Assembly: GCF_026571515.1 (NCBI RefSeq)
Contig: NW_026866846.1
Location: forward strand, 62,001-126,000
DNA length: 64,000 bases
Origin: Ruditapes philippinarum
Lineage: Eukaryota
Reading direction: 5' to 3'
Below the pieces are notes generated by a model, which saw nothing but the letters and a program-made list of their open reading frames with translations, was not told the DNA's origin and did no database searches. Positions within the stretch are counted from its first letter, which is position 1, and the number at the start of each line of letters is the position of its first letter. Positions 40,020 to 51,393 of the stretch are shown here, piece after piece. A program made the position numbers and the translations under genes.

Positions 40020-42693
40020 ATGGATACGGAAATACACAGAAACTTCATATATGTTTTGGTAAGAATAATTTTCTTTTCTTTAACAATAGAAATGATACAA
40101 TAAATGAATTGTGAGTTAACGATACATGATAGAGCATTATGATAAAACTGCAACATTAAAAGTTTATTTTTCGAAGATTTAACATTAACCTTTGGACGTT
40201 ATATGAATGACTAACAAATTGGAGTCTTACCATGTAGCAGTTATTAGCGTCTTTCTGTATTTGTTGTCATATTTTACGGTCCCAAATTGAGATTCAGTGG
40301 TAATGGCGACTGGTTTAAGCCATCAGTGTCAGACTAGGCACCAAACCAAAACATTTGAGTTTGATCATATCCTTATTTAATCCAGTAGAGTGAAATCCAT
40401 CAGATAAACAAACTTCAGTTCTAAATTTGAAAAAGATATCTTAATATGTTTCAGTTGAAACTTTTGTTGTCCGTTTTTACGCACTGCTTTGCCATGTGCA
40501 CACTTTTTTAGAAATGGTTTACATTTTTGTATTTACAGTTGCTGGCTATATGTGTAAGCTATACCATTGATGCTATCCCTTGTCCGGTAAGTTTATGTTG
40601 TAATCTCAACTTTCCTTGAACTCACGACTTAATCCTTTTAGTAAATACGCTTATATATAGACTTATATATATATTCCATATAATATATGTTCTCTCTGCT
40701 TATAAAATACATCTTAGCTGCAATTGTTGTATTTGCTTCAAATTCTGCTTTGCTAATCAAAGTTCAAATGCTCATCATAGTATTACTGTACTCGTCTAGA
40801 AAAAAAATCACAATCTAAGGCTTATTTACGACGTCTTACTAGGACCAGGATATTTTTTATGGTTTTCGTGGATTGGACCTTCTTGTGATTATTTTAGTGA
40901 TAACTAAGATAACTATATATGTTCAAATTATTTTCAAAGGTATTGGTATTGTTCGATAGATCTAAATGATTTCATAATTTTCAAAGAAATGCGGCAGTAT
41001 TCTAAGCAGAATGGTGTGATTTGTACTATAAACTATAGATATACTATCGTGCTTCTCTGTGAGAACAATCACGAACATAATTTAAATTTAAAGTAAATGA
41101 TGCTCGTCGTTTTGTAAGTTTTTGTATTTATTTTTATCTTCAGGCATGGTATAGATATCGTGATGTTTATATCGACCTTGCAAGTATTTTTTTAATATGG
41201 ATTTGGTGCGAAGATATACTGCCTCGTGATTATTTACAAATCTTGACAATTTCTAGAACATTTCACTTTCATTTTTCAAAGTATTTGGTATACGAGAAAT
41301 TCAAAATATATCTCTCAAATTTGATAAAAGGAAGACATGTAATTGCTAAAAGTAGTCTTTGTATAATATGAAAGTAAACATGTTTTTGACTTTACAAATA
41401 TAATATATTATCCACTACGGTGGACACAATATGAAATAATAGTTGTGTACATTATATAAGACTTTGTCTAAAAAAAAAAGAATGCCAATATTTATTTTAA
41501 TCAGGGAATGGCTTCCATACGAGATTTATTCATTCCTTTTAAAGAAATTCGCAAATAAGAATTTCATGGATTTCATTGAAATTTTCTGTTTCATTTTTTA
41601 AAAATATTCTTACTTCAAACGATAAGCCAGTATAATCTTTAATTTTATGTTGATAAATGAGCATATGATTATAGCAATTTATTACAAAAAGCAAAGTTTC
41701 GTATCAATTGGTAAAGCTTTGATTTTTAAATCCATTTATAAATAAGTATTGAAAGTTAAAATGAGAGATTTATTTAGTATTTATTTATGTTTTTGCATCC
41801 AGGTTGGGAGGAGTATAGATTATTACAAAGAGCTTTAAATGGTGGCGCCACCGGTCCAGGTACTGGAATAGGAGAATCTCTGAGGCCAAGTATTACAGAT
41901 CTTTCGGATGTCTTACAACTTCACATCAATATAAACAATACAAATGATAATCAAATACAACAAACGGATTCGGGAAATGTTGCAGTAAGCCAAGTCAATG
42001 CTCAATGTAAGTTAAACTCATTTAATAAGACAAAAAAGAAATAAAATGTATTCGGAACTATTATCAGAAAATTTACGTTATTTACATGAAATGATACGGT
42101 TAAAAACAACAAAACTCTTATGTTAAAAAACGGAAGAATCTGCGAAATGAAATTATAAAGGAACTCTTTAAAATACACCTGTATTTTTTAACAATATTTC
42201 CGAATCTAATTTTGTGGTAATTAGATGAAGCAAATATTGTTATTTCATATCAATTGCCGGTGTCTGTATATATAAAGTGAACAATAAGAAAATAACCTGA
42301 GCAAAGAAAGTACGAATACGAGAGAAACGAACACAAAGCAAATAGTGACAATTTAAAAGTCTGTTTCATTGAGGCTGTTCATGAGAGAAAATGTTATGTG
42401 CATCACCTCTCACCCCGAGCACAATAGATTTAGACAAAATATTAAATAGAAGAAACCGAAAAACACTCATTCAATAAATACTGTAATCTCATTTACAAAT
42501 ACATTTTTCCGCCCTGCAAAATACATTGTATAACTATTTAAGTTATTTTTATTATATTTCCTTTTTTATTTCAGTGTCACCTGACCAGTGCCAAAGGTGC
42601 TCAAACGGGAGATGCCCTGGAAATCAACATTGCATATTTACTGCTGATTGCCCAGGAATGAAAATGTCATGTCGCTCAATCGTCGGTAGATAA
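40020..42693 (+). CDS. Cluster gene F: small secreted protein with Asn-rich motif and 6-Cys module, ~149 aa
   Basis: Exons 40020-40058 (MDTEIHRNFIYVL), 40539-40586 (LLAICVSYTIDAIPCP), 41144-41183 (AWYRYRDVYIDLA; weak donor), 41803-42006 (WEEYRLLQRALNGGATGPG...SGNVAVSQVNAQ), 42575-42693 (SPDQCQRCSNGRCPGNQHCIFTADCPGMKMSCRSIVGR*). 450 nt in frame. Confidence 0.82.
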
Positions 42694-43160
42694 CACTCAA
42701 AACAAGGACTACTGGACACAAATTGGAAATACCTATAAACAGAAAACACCAGTTTTAATGTTAATATTATTTGCCATATTGCATATACATATATATAAAA
42801 ACACATGAATACATCCCACTTGTTATGATAAAGTCTCTTATTTCATAATCATATCTTGATATAGTATTATGTTCATATATCAATCCAAATAAACGTTTAT
42901 AATGTTTTATTGCCTAAGCATAATGACAATGCAAGTTTTATAGTAGCAAATGAGCACCAGATTATCCACTTGCTACATGTATTGAAAGAATGTTCTATTA
43001 AAGAATATAAACCTAACATAAGGCTTCAGAATATAAAGCAAACACAATAAAAACGACCTGCAAAATACACAGAGTCATTTAATCTTTAACAAACATATCA
43101 TTTACCTTAAAAAGCCACATAGTGCATTGTGATATCAAATTCTGCAAAAGGTTGATTTCT

Positions 43161-43612
43161 GGCCCCGTGTTCACAAAGATTTAAGAATCAGGATCAAGAT
43201 CAGGATCAAATCTTAAAACTCAAATATTCTCCATTGTTTATCCTCATAGATTAAATATCTAATATTAACATGATAAAACTTGACTTGAAATAGCATGTTT
43301 ATGAAATTTTAGAATAAATTTATCGTTTTTTCTTTAAGATATGGGTATTTCACAGTTGATCCAAATATTGATCTTGATCCTAAAATTGATCCTTATTCTG
43401 ATCTGATTATTTTTTGTATTTGTTTTATTATTCATAGATTTTATCCCAAATAGGTTTGTTTCTTTGCAAATTAAATTATTTGTACATTTTGAATATGGAC
43501 CATTTTATTCTAGCAAAAAACGATCAATATTAGTTATAAAAAACAAAGAAAATAAAACCAGGATCACTTGATCCTGATCCTGATCTTTTCTTAGTGAATA
43601 TAAGTGAAGGCC
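43161..43612. mobile_element. MITE-like element with GGCC..TTCAC ends and GATC-rich subterminal repeats
   Basis: ggccccgtgttcac...atcaggatcaagatcaggatcaa at left; ttgatcctgatcctgat...gtgaa...ggcc at right. Confidence 0.5.
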
Positions 43613-44618
43613 ACAGATATAGTAAGCAATTTTCATTACTTACAAGTGATTAAAATTTTCAAGACATTTTCGCTGTACAATATTTAAGGATGTCGACATT
43701 TGTCGGAGAACCGTTTACTTACCAGAGGGAAGAATGCAATATTAAAGCTTTTGTTGTTTTGGTAGTATTTATTGTTGGATCACATGCAATTCGTTGGAAA
43801 AAAATGTTATATGTACTTTGCAATGTGTTTTTTAATATATATTTGTTTTACTCCTCGGTAAAAATATAAAATAAACACTTATGACAATAAAGAAAAAATA
43901 TCTATGTTTTCGTTATCATTTACTGCATTGCCCTCAATATGATTGCCTAATTAAGTCTTCTTTTGTGTTTTCCTTCTGAAACTTCTGGTACCGTGTGGAA
44001 ACATTTTACCCCTATTCCTTTGAAGAGACTTCTTAAAACTGTACAAAAATGTCTACATGAACAAGGCAATCTCACAGTGAACAATGGAGAATTATTGGCT
44101 ACAGATTTATGTATCACTTCAAAGTCACATGTCAAGCGACTTCATGTTCGTTTTATATATACTGTACCTTCAAATGGATTTTCTGAAAACTTGCTTCAGA
44201 TGTTAACCGACAATATCAATGATAAATCCATCTGTCAAAACTGTAACCTTATATCTCTGGATTCGAGGCACTTAGTTTGGCATTCAATATTAAGTTCATA
44301 CATTAAATACGTTAATAATCTTTCCATGGAGAGTTGATGGGCCGCCAGTGGTCTTTCTTCACAAAAAAAATCTATCTTAACACTTGTGATTCGATTCACT
44401 CGTATTCCAATCAATCAAATCCTTATACTTTACATAATAGAAACAAATCGTTAGTTTCAAGAAACTTCATAATTGTGTACTAAACATGGACATTGTCCTA
44501 AATCATATCATTTTATGTCACAAATTGACAAATAGAAAAAGATGAAGTCAAGTTCTCTGACCGTACATTGACACGTTAATTTGTATGTATAAATATATAT
44601 TGTAAATACACATAAATA

Positions 44619-45025
44619 TATAGAGGATATTCAAGTTTTTTTTCTATAAATACGAGGATTTCTATAAATATCTCGTACAATTTTTATTTTCATTGAGTGG
44701 TATGAAAATAAATAGTTAGTGAGAGGCGGTAGCCGTGAGGAAAAAATGATAAGTTTCGTACGACAAGATGAAAATAAGTCGTGAATTTATAGAAAAAACT
44801 TAAATTTTCTGTTTATAATATACAACGTTTACTTTCATGACATTACAAACTGTTTTTCAAAGACTTCCCCTTAAATGTTGAGTCTTTGCTGAATATAGAA
44901 GAAAGAAGTCCGGCTAGACATCAGTGACAATATGGAATATGTTTTACTGCGGTGAAAAATTAATTTTACAGTGCAAATACGGAAAATGAAAATACGCATT
45001 TTATTTCATCAATGTTTCTCAATAT
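44619..45025 (+). mobile_element. Non-autonomous DNA repeat family, copy 2
   Basis: Aligns along its length with 50168-50545. Confidence 0.75.
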
Positions 45026-45916
45026 TGAATATCCTCTATATATTTATATGTATTTACCACAAATTTTACATAAAAATAAACGTGTCGATGTATGGTAACC
45101 AGGTTACAAAACTTGACATTATCTGTTTCTATTGAGAATTTATAAGAATATAAAATATGTACTTTATTATTCTGAAAAAATACATTAACTGCGTTAGTGG
45201 TAAGTCTCAGTACAGCACTGATCGATACTTTTATTTGCCTCATTAATCACTCGAGGTGAATGATCGGTTGTTTATGCGCCATCAATATTTGTTTTACATC
45301 TTTTGGGTGTTACAAAACATGTCGATCACATTCAAATTTTTTTTTATTCTTTCTTAAAATAAGACAGTCGATATACATAAATACCAATAGCAAAAACTTC
45401 CCATAGCTTGGAACTATATGTTTCGCTTGCTTTATTCCAAAGTATTTATTTACCCATGTACATACAATATTTAGCAAATAAAAACTAGGATAAGACCTAT
45501 ATAAGCATCAACTTTCGGTTCTGATCCCTTTTCATTCATTTCATGCGTTGTAAAGTTCTATTTGTAAATTGTAAATGTGTATACTTGTTTGAAATAACTA
45601 TGTGTAAAGTATAAAGTATTTAGAATTGTATTTGTGTTACTGGCAAATATTGTATTTTAATAATAAAGACTAAAATTGAATAAACTAAACCTTAAAATAG
45701 AATGTCATACAGGGCAGTTTTCAACATGCTACACGCTCGGTTTGATTGGACGTATGCGTAAACGTAACATGTAACGTCCATGTCCTCAGTCCCCAGCTGA
45801 AAAAGGTCTTGACTTAGTAAATATGAGTAATTATTATTTTATTCTTGTTCTTGGTTTTAAAGAACTAGAAATAAAATGGGTTTTGAATCGGCCCTCTTTT
45901 AAATTCCTATCACTGT

Positions 45917-45955
45917 CGATTGACATCGTTCGTTTGACGTAACAGTATTGTTAAG
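45917..45955 (+). promoter_or_regulatory. Composite promoter element of gene G: CGATTGACAT + TGACGTAA + GTTAAG
   Basis: Matches the elements upstream of C and F. Confidence 0.6.
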
Positions 45956-46035
45956 TAAATGTATGTTTATCAACTTATATTGAATGATATATACTTTGTA
46001 TGTACTTGTCAAGTCATTAGTTTAATATGTTCAAA

Positions 46036-49000
46036 ATGGATACGGAAAAATCGAAAATGGTCATTTATTTTTTGGTAAGAAATGTTTACTTTATTGCAAC
46101 AAAACTTTGAATGCGGATTTAAACATTATGCTATCGAATAAAACAACCTGACAGTCTTATTAATTCCTTAAAATAATTTATATAATCGTGTTAGATAGTC
46201 GTGCAGACAAGCAGTTTCATGGTCATAAAGTATTGGTTGCTTGCTAATTTATCCATTATCATTAAAGTTTTGACCTTAAAACATGTCAAAAATAATACTT
46301 ACTTAATGTAAAATTTTGTTCATTCTGTTTTCATATGGATATTATTTTGCAATAATCAGATTCAGTTCTACATGCAAAAAATACATTGTAATCTTTAAAA
46401 AATATAAAATAACTAAAAGTAAATGTTAAAATTACCTTAAAACCTCTCTCTCTGTTGTTTAATTTGTATGACCTGCTTAGTCTTATATTGTACATTATTT
46501 CTTTAAAGTTGCTGGTCATATGTATTAGCCATACAGTTGATGCTATCCCCTGTCCGGTAAGTATTTACTTAGTCATTTCAAAGAAACTAGTAATACAATA
46601 CATTATATGGATAAATAATAGTGCTCAATTTCTCAATTACTTACTTTTTAAGTCGAGCATTTTTATTCAAAATTTGTGTTTGATATATTTAGTGGTTGAA
46701 AAAAAATATATTGTCAAATTTAAGCGTTCTTTTTTCAAATTCTTGGAAACATTTACTCAACAACAACTTATCATTTGATATTATATGATATTATCAGCGT
46801 ATCATGCTGTGTAAAATTTCAAAACATAATTTCAGCCACAAAGCTGTTTTGTCTTTGTACAATCAACATTGTTCCCAATACATCTGTCGCGCAAGTGCGT
46901 CTCGACGGAAAGATGAATTTTATTAATGCTTACTTTACCCTATGTAAGAGTGACACATGTTTCATATAAGCTTAAAGATTTCTGCTCAATCGTGGATGCA
47001 ATTGGTAATTTGATTAGTAAATATTGAAGAAAAAGAGTGTCGAGAGTGATACATTCTGTGCATGCCGGAAGAAATAGTAAATTGAATTATTATATCAAGA
47101 TCTTAATTTTCAACTCCTATAAGACTTTATTTCCTACATTTACTTTTATTGGATTATAAGGTTATGATTAATTGATTTTTTATGTAAAAAGTTGGTTAAT
47201 ATTTAAAATATGAATAAAAAAGAACCACAAGGGATTCCGTTAACGAAACGCCCAAATAGACTGCAACCGAGAAGGGCAGCTAAAATAATACTCCTTCTAC
47301 AGGCTTATACTCAAATGTTACATAGAACAACTAAACATAAGAGAGAACATTTTAAGTTACGTAAGTCCATTTTCATTGAGTTAGTACTTAAATATTTACA
47401 GAATTGGTATAGATACCGGGTATGTCACGGTCGCTCTTGTACTGTTGTAAGGCATGGTTTTGGTCGTGCAAGGTACGATTGTCTATGTAAGTAACACCGT
47501 TTATGATTTATTTTTTTACACACATTCTACTGATATAATTCCACGCAATCATGTACTTTGATTTATGACTGTCTATTATGTAATTTTCTACAAAGACCGA
47601 AATGAACCATCTCCTCCTAAATACGTAAAAAGGCCCTTTGAACTTATTTTTTTTTTTCATAGTTAACTTTTCAACAGAATTTAATCGATTTTATATTAAA
47701 TTTAATATATTATCATTTAACGAATTACATGTTTTGGTAAAATGTATTTAGTAAGTAAAGTCAGGATTGACAATTTGATAATTATCGCATTTTTGCATTA
47801 GGTACAGGATTCCTATTTTGAAGTACATTTTGACTCCATATGACTTTTTTTTATTTTTTCGGCTCTTCCCTGTATTTTTACACTTTTATATGTATATTGT
47901 GTAAATGACTTTTACTTCTGTTTTACCTTTAGTCCGATAAGATTATAACTATAAGCTACTAAAAAGATCAGTTAGACAATAACTACTATATTAAAGATTT
48001 ATTGTTCTTCTAAATAGCCGCACAGGAGGCTGAATTATTACAAAGAGCTCTTAGTGGAGGTGCCACAGGTCCAGGTACAGGATTAGGAGAATCTCTACAC
48101 GGACGGTCAAGATTATTAGATCTGTCAGAACGCTTACAACTTCATATCAATATCAACAATGACAACAACAATCAAATTAATCAAGCCGATTCAGGAAATG
48201 TTGCAGTCAGCCAAGTGAACGCAGAATGTGAGTTAATGTTAAGAGCACCTATATTCTATAAGAATATAACAATAAGAAATAAATATTTGAAAATTAAAAT
48301 AGAAAGGAAAAGAGGAATTTGATAAAGTTTATATGATGTTCACTGTAGGTGATCGTGATGTCCAGTAAAGCTCAGAATCTGAAAAATTATTTCATAAATG
48401 TATGATAAAATGTCTTCTCTTGAAAAAGCATATACATGTATAGGGTGAGTTAGTAATATATAAAAGCTATAAAATAGTGTCATAATGAAAGACTAGTTAT
48501 ATGTTGTCTATTTTTTTCTTTTAATTTCGTCAAGATAAATGCAAAATGTTGATTTCTTAAACAGTGCAGAATAATTATATTTTATAAACTTTCTAAAACT
48601 AATGTTTTTACGAATTTCTTGAGTGTTACTGTCTGCATTGAATTCAATCGTAACATGCCAATACTATTTGAACTGCGTCACGACAAAACCAACATAGTGC
48701 GTTTGCGACCAGCATGGATCCAGAACAGCCTGTCCATCCGCGCAGTCTGATCAGCATCCATGCTGTTCGCTTACCAGCCCTATTACAAAAAAGAGAAACT
48801 GATAGCGACAGCTTGGATCCTGATCAGACTGCGCGGATGCACAGGGTGGTCTGGATCCATGCTGGTTGCAAACGCACTATGTTGGTTTTGTCATGGCGCG
48901 GCTCATTTTGTTTATTGCAGTGTCACCAGATCAGTGTCAAGCATGTCCAAATGGAATATGTCCGGGACAACAACATTGTGTTTTTACTTCCTCCTGCCCA

Positions 49001-49036
49001 GGAATGGAAATGTCGTGTCGGTCAATTACTGGTTGA
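46036..49036 (+). CDS. Cluster gene G: paralogue of F with intact N-terminal Cys module, ~165 aa
   Basis: Exons 46036-46074 (MDTEKSKMVIYFL), 46509-46556 (LLVICISHTVDAIPCP), 47402-47486 (NWYRYRVCHGRSCTVVRHGFGRARYDCL), 48018-48227 (AQEAELLQRALSGGATGPG...SGNVAVSQVNAE), 48921-49036 (SPDQCQACPNGICPGQQHCVFTSSCPGMEMSCRSITG*). Phases 0,0,1,1, 498 nt in frame. Confidence 0.9.
48669..48905. mobile_element. Palindromic MITE in the last intron of gene G
   Basis: ~100-bp inverted arms: gacaaaaccaacatagtgcgtttgcgaccagcatggatccag...catccgcgcagtctgatcag / ctgatcagactgcgcggatg...ctggatccatgctggttgcaaacgcactatgttggttttgtc. Confidence 0.9.
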
Positions 49037-50167
49037 TTAATCCAAGGGACAAAACAAGCAAAGAAAGGACACAAAATTAATTGGGAAAATAATCAAAACT
49101 TCTTTGTTAAATAACAAAGATTATTTACTGTAAATTGCACATGATGAACCTGAAGTAGTTTAATAGATTTATCGAGCATATCATTTTATGTCACCTTACT
49201 TCAATATGACTTAACATATGGAATTACAACTTTTAACAATGTATTACATTTGAAACTTTTGGAACTCGTATAATTGTTCCGAGGTTAACAGAGTTTAAAG
49301 ATAACATGTAAAAACAGCATCATCTTATGAAATATTTGACACTCTTAAATGCTTCTATTTTTTAAATGAAATATTGCAATCCGAAATAGAGTAAAATTTG
49401 AAATACGCAAATATAGCAATTAATAAACGGCAACAACAAAAGGATACGCAGAATTCTACAACCAATATGATCTATTTTCTTAAAACAAATTATTAACACG
49501 CAAGTTTGAACAAATCATTTCAGTTTAAAAAGATGAATATATTTAAGGAAAGAACCGGTTATATTAAATACTTTGAAAATGAGAAATGAAGGCAAAAATT
49601 CACGTCTGTTCATTGTGTTTTTGAGAGCTTTTTTATATATTTGCAGAATAACATATATGAATGTTCAACCCAATCTACGTGTTGCATTTATTCAAAAATA
49701 TACCCTATTTTAGAATGAAAAGTGTGGAATGTGCACGTGATTCTTGTTGAACGCAACCTAAACAACAAATAAGAGGAAAATGGAAATTTAAACCAAGCTT
49801 ATTAGAAATTTTTAATCACTGATCTAAAATGTATTTCTGACACGCTTGAAGATAAAAAGTAATTTTCAACAAAATATCACTATGGTTATACCGGATGTAT
49901 ATATATGAAATTCATGATAAAAACTTCATTTTATTTAAAAAATGTATTTTTGATGCACTGTTTTTAATGTCTTGGCCTAATTAAAAAAACCTCAAATAAA
50001 CAGTATCTTCTTTTATGCCATTTGAAGTAAATAAAGCGAATTCACGATAAAAACTTTATTTTATTAATTCAAAGAGGTCATTCATGCAAAAAGTGTTAAG
50101 TTAAGCGAATATTTTTAAACGTTATTATAAGCTGAAGACAAACTTGTGATGCTGAGGGGAAAAAAGA

Positions 50168-50545
50168 TATAGAGGATATTCAAGTTTTTTCTATAAATAC
50201 ATGATTTATTTTCATCGAGTGGTATGAAAATAAATATTTCATGAGTGGCGGTAGCCACGAGTGAAATATGGTAATTTTCATGCCACAAGATGAAAATAAA
50301 TCATGTTTTTATAGAAAAAACTTGAATTTTCTGTTTATTATAGACATTTTTCTCTTTCTTGACATTAAAATTTGAAAGACTTTCCCTTAAATTTTGAGTA
50401 CTGGCAGAATTTAAAAGAAAGTAGTCCGGCAAGACACCATTGAAAATACGGAAAATATGTTTTACTGCAGTGAAAAATAAATTTTTACAGTGAAAATACG
50501 GAAAATGAAAATACACATTTTATTTCATCAATATTTCTCAATATT
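50168..50545 (+). mobile_element. Non-autonomous DNA repeat family, copy 3
   Basis: Internal palindrome tttctataaatacatgatttattttcatc...gatgaaaataaatcatgtttttatagaaa; homologous to 44619-45025. Confidence 0.75.
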
Positions 50546-50659
50546 TTATTTAAAAGTATATAATAAAACTAATAAGTTTTGCTTAGCGTCTGTAAGCATA
50601 TTTTAAACGATAGCCGTCTATGAAGAGTCGATGGCATCGTACGTAATTAGTTAAAAAAT

Positions 50660-50905
50660 AAATCTCGAAAAAGAATAGATCTCCCGGGAGCACTGACAAC
50701 CAGGTTAGAAAGTGAAAATTGCAGACTCGGTTTGGGTGAATCTATTGATGAGAGAAAACGGAACTTGCTTTGCTTAAATGCTTATGCGGTGCTAAGGAGC
50801 ATGGACGGTAACTTGCACTTTTCAGTACCGTATATGAACAAGCTCAATCAAACCGAGTCTGCAACATTTTCAATTTTGTCGTTTTGTGCTTTCTAAAGGA
50901 ATTTA
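50660..50905. repeat. Repeat family R1, two oppositely oriented fragments
   Basis: ttgcagactcggtttgggtgaatct (~50719, reverse), then gtgctaaggagcatggacggtaacttgcac...ctcaatcaaaccgagtctgcaac (forward). Confidence 0.75.
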
Positions 50906-51393
50906 GTTTGTCTCTATTATTTTTTCGCACCAATTATCCCGCCTCTTAGTAACAGAATAAGCAGAACTCAATGTTTAATACTATAAGAATCTTACACTGC
51001 CTGCCGGTACAGACTGGAATATCTAGGTCGAGGGTAACTGTTTACGGCGGTAACGAGGCTCTTTTCAGAACAGAAATTACGGAAACAGATATTCTCATTA
51101 CGCACTTTTTTCTTATATTAACGTATGAACTTACAACTTCATTCATAACGGTAAAATGACGTCATATTAAGAACGTAATTTATTTATAAAAGACGCGCGG
51201 CAATGACGACATTTTAAGCACGTAACTTGTCTTACATGGGGGCTTAAACTGTAACGGTAGATAATCATGTCTGATATGCGAGAAAATACGGTTCTGAAAT
51301 CAATTATCCCGAAGGACAGAATATATAACAAAAAAAAACTGAAATGACGTACGGAGCATCAGATATAAAAATAAGATAGAACGAAACCGCTAA

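Noticed and set aside
43963-44337. 124-aa ORF between F and G
   Set aside because: Non-ATG start, no family motifs, no recognisable domain or splice support.
48714-49080. 108-aa and 106-aa ORFs
   Set aside because: They run through the MITE and read gene G's last exon in the wrong frames.
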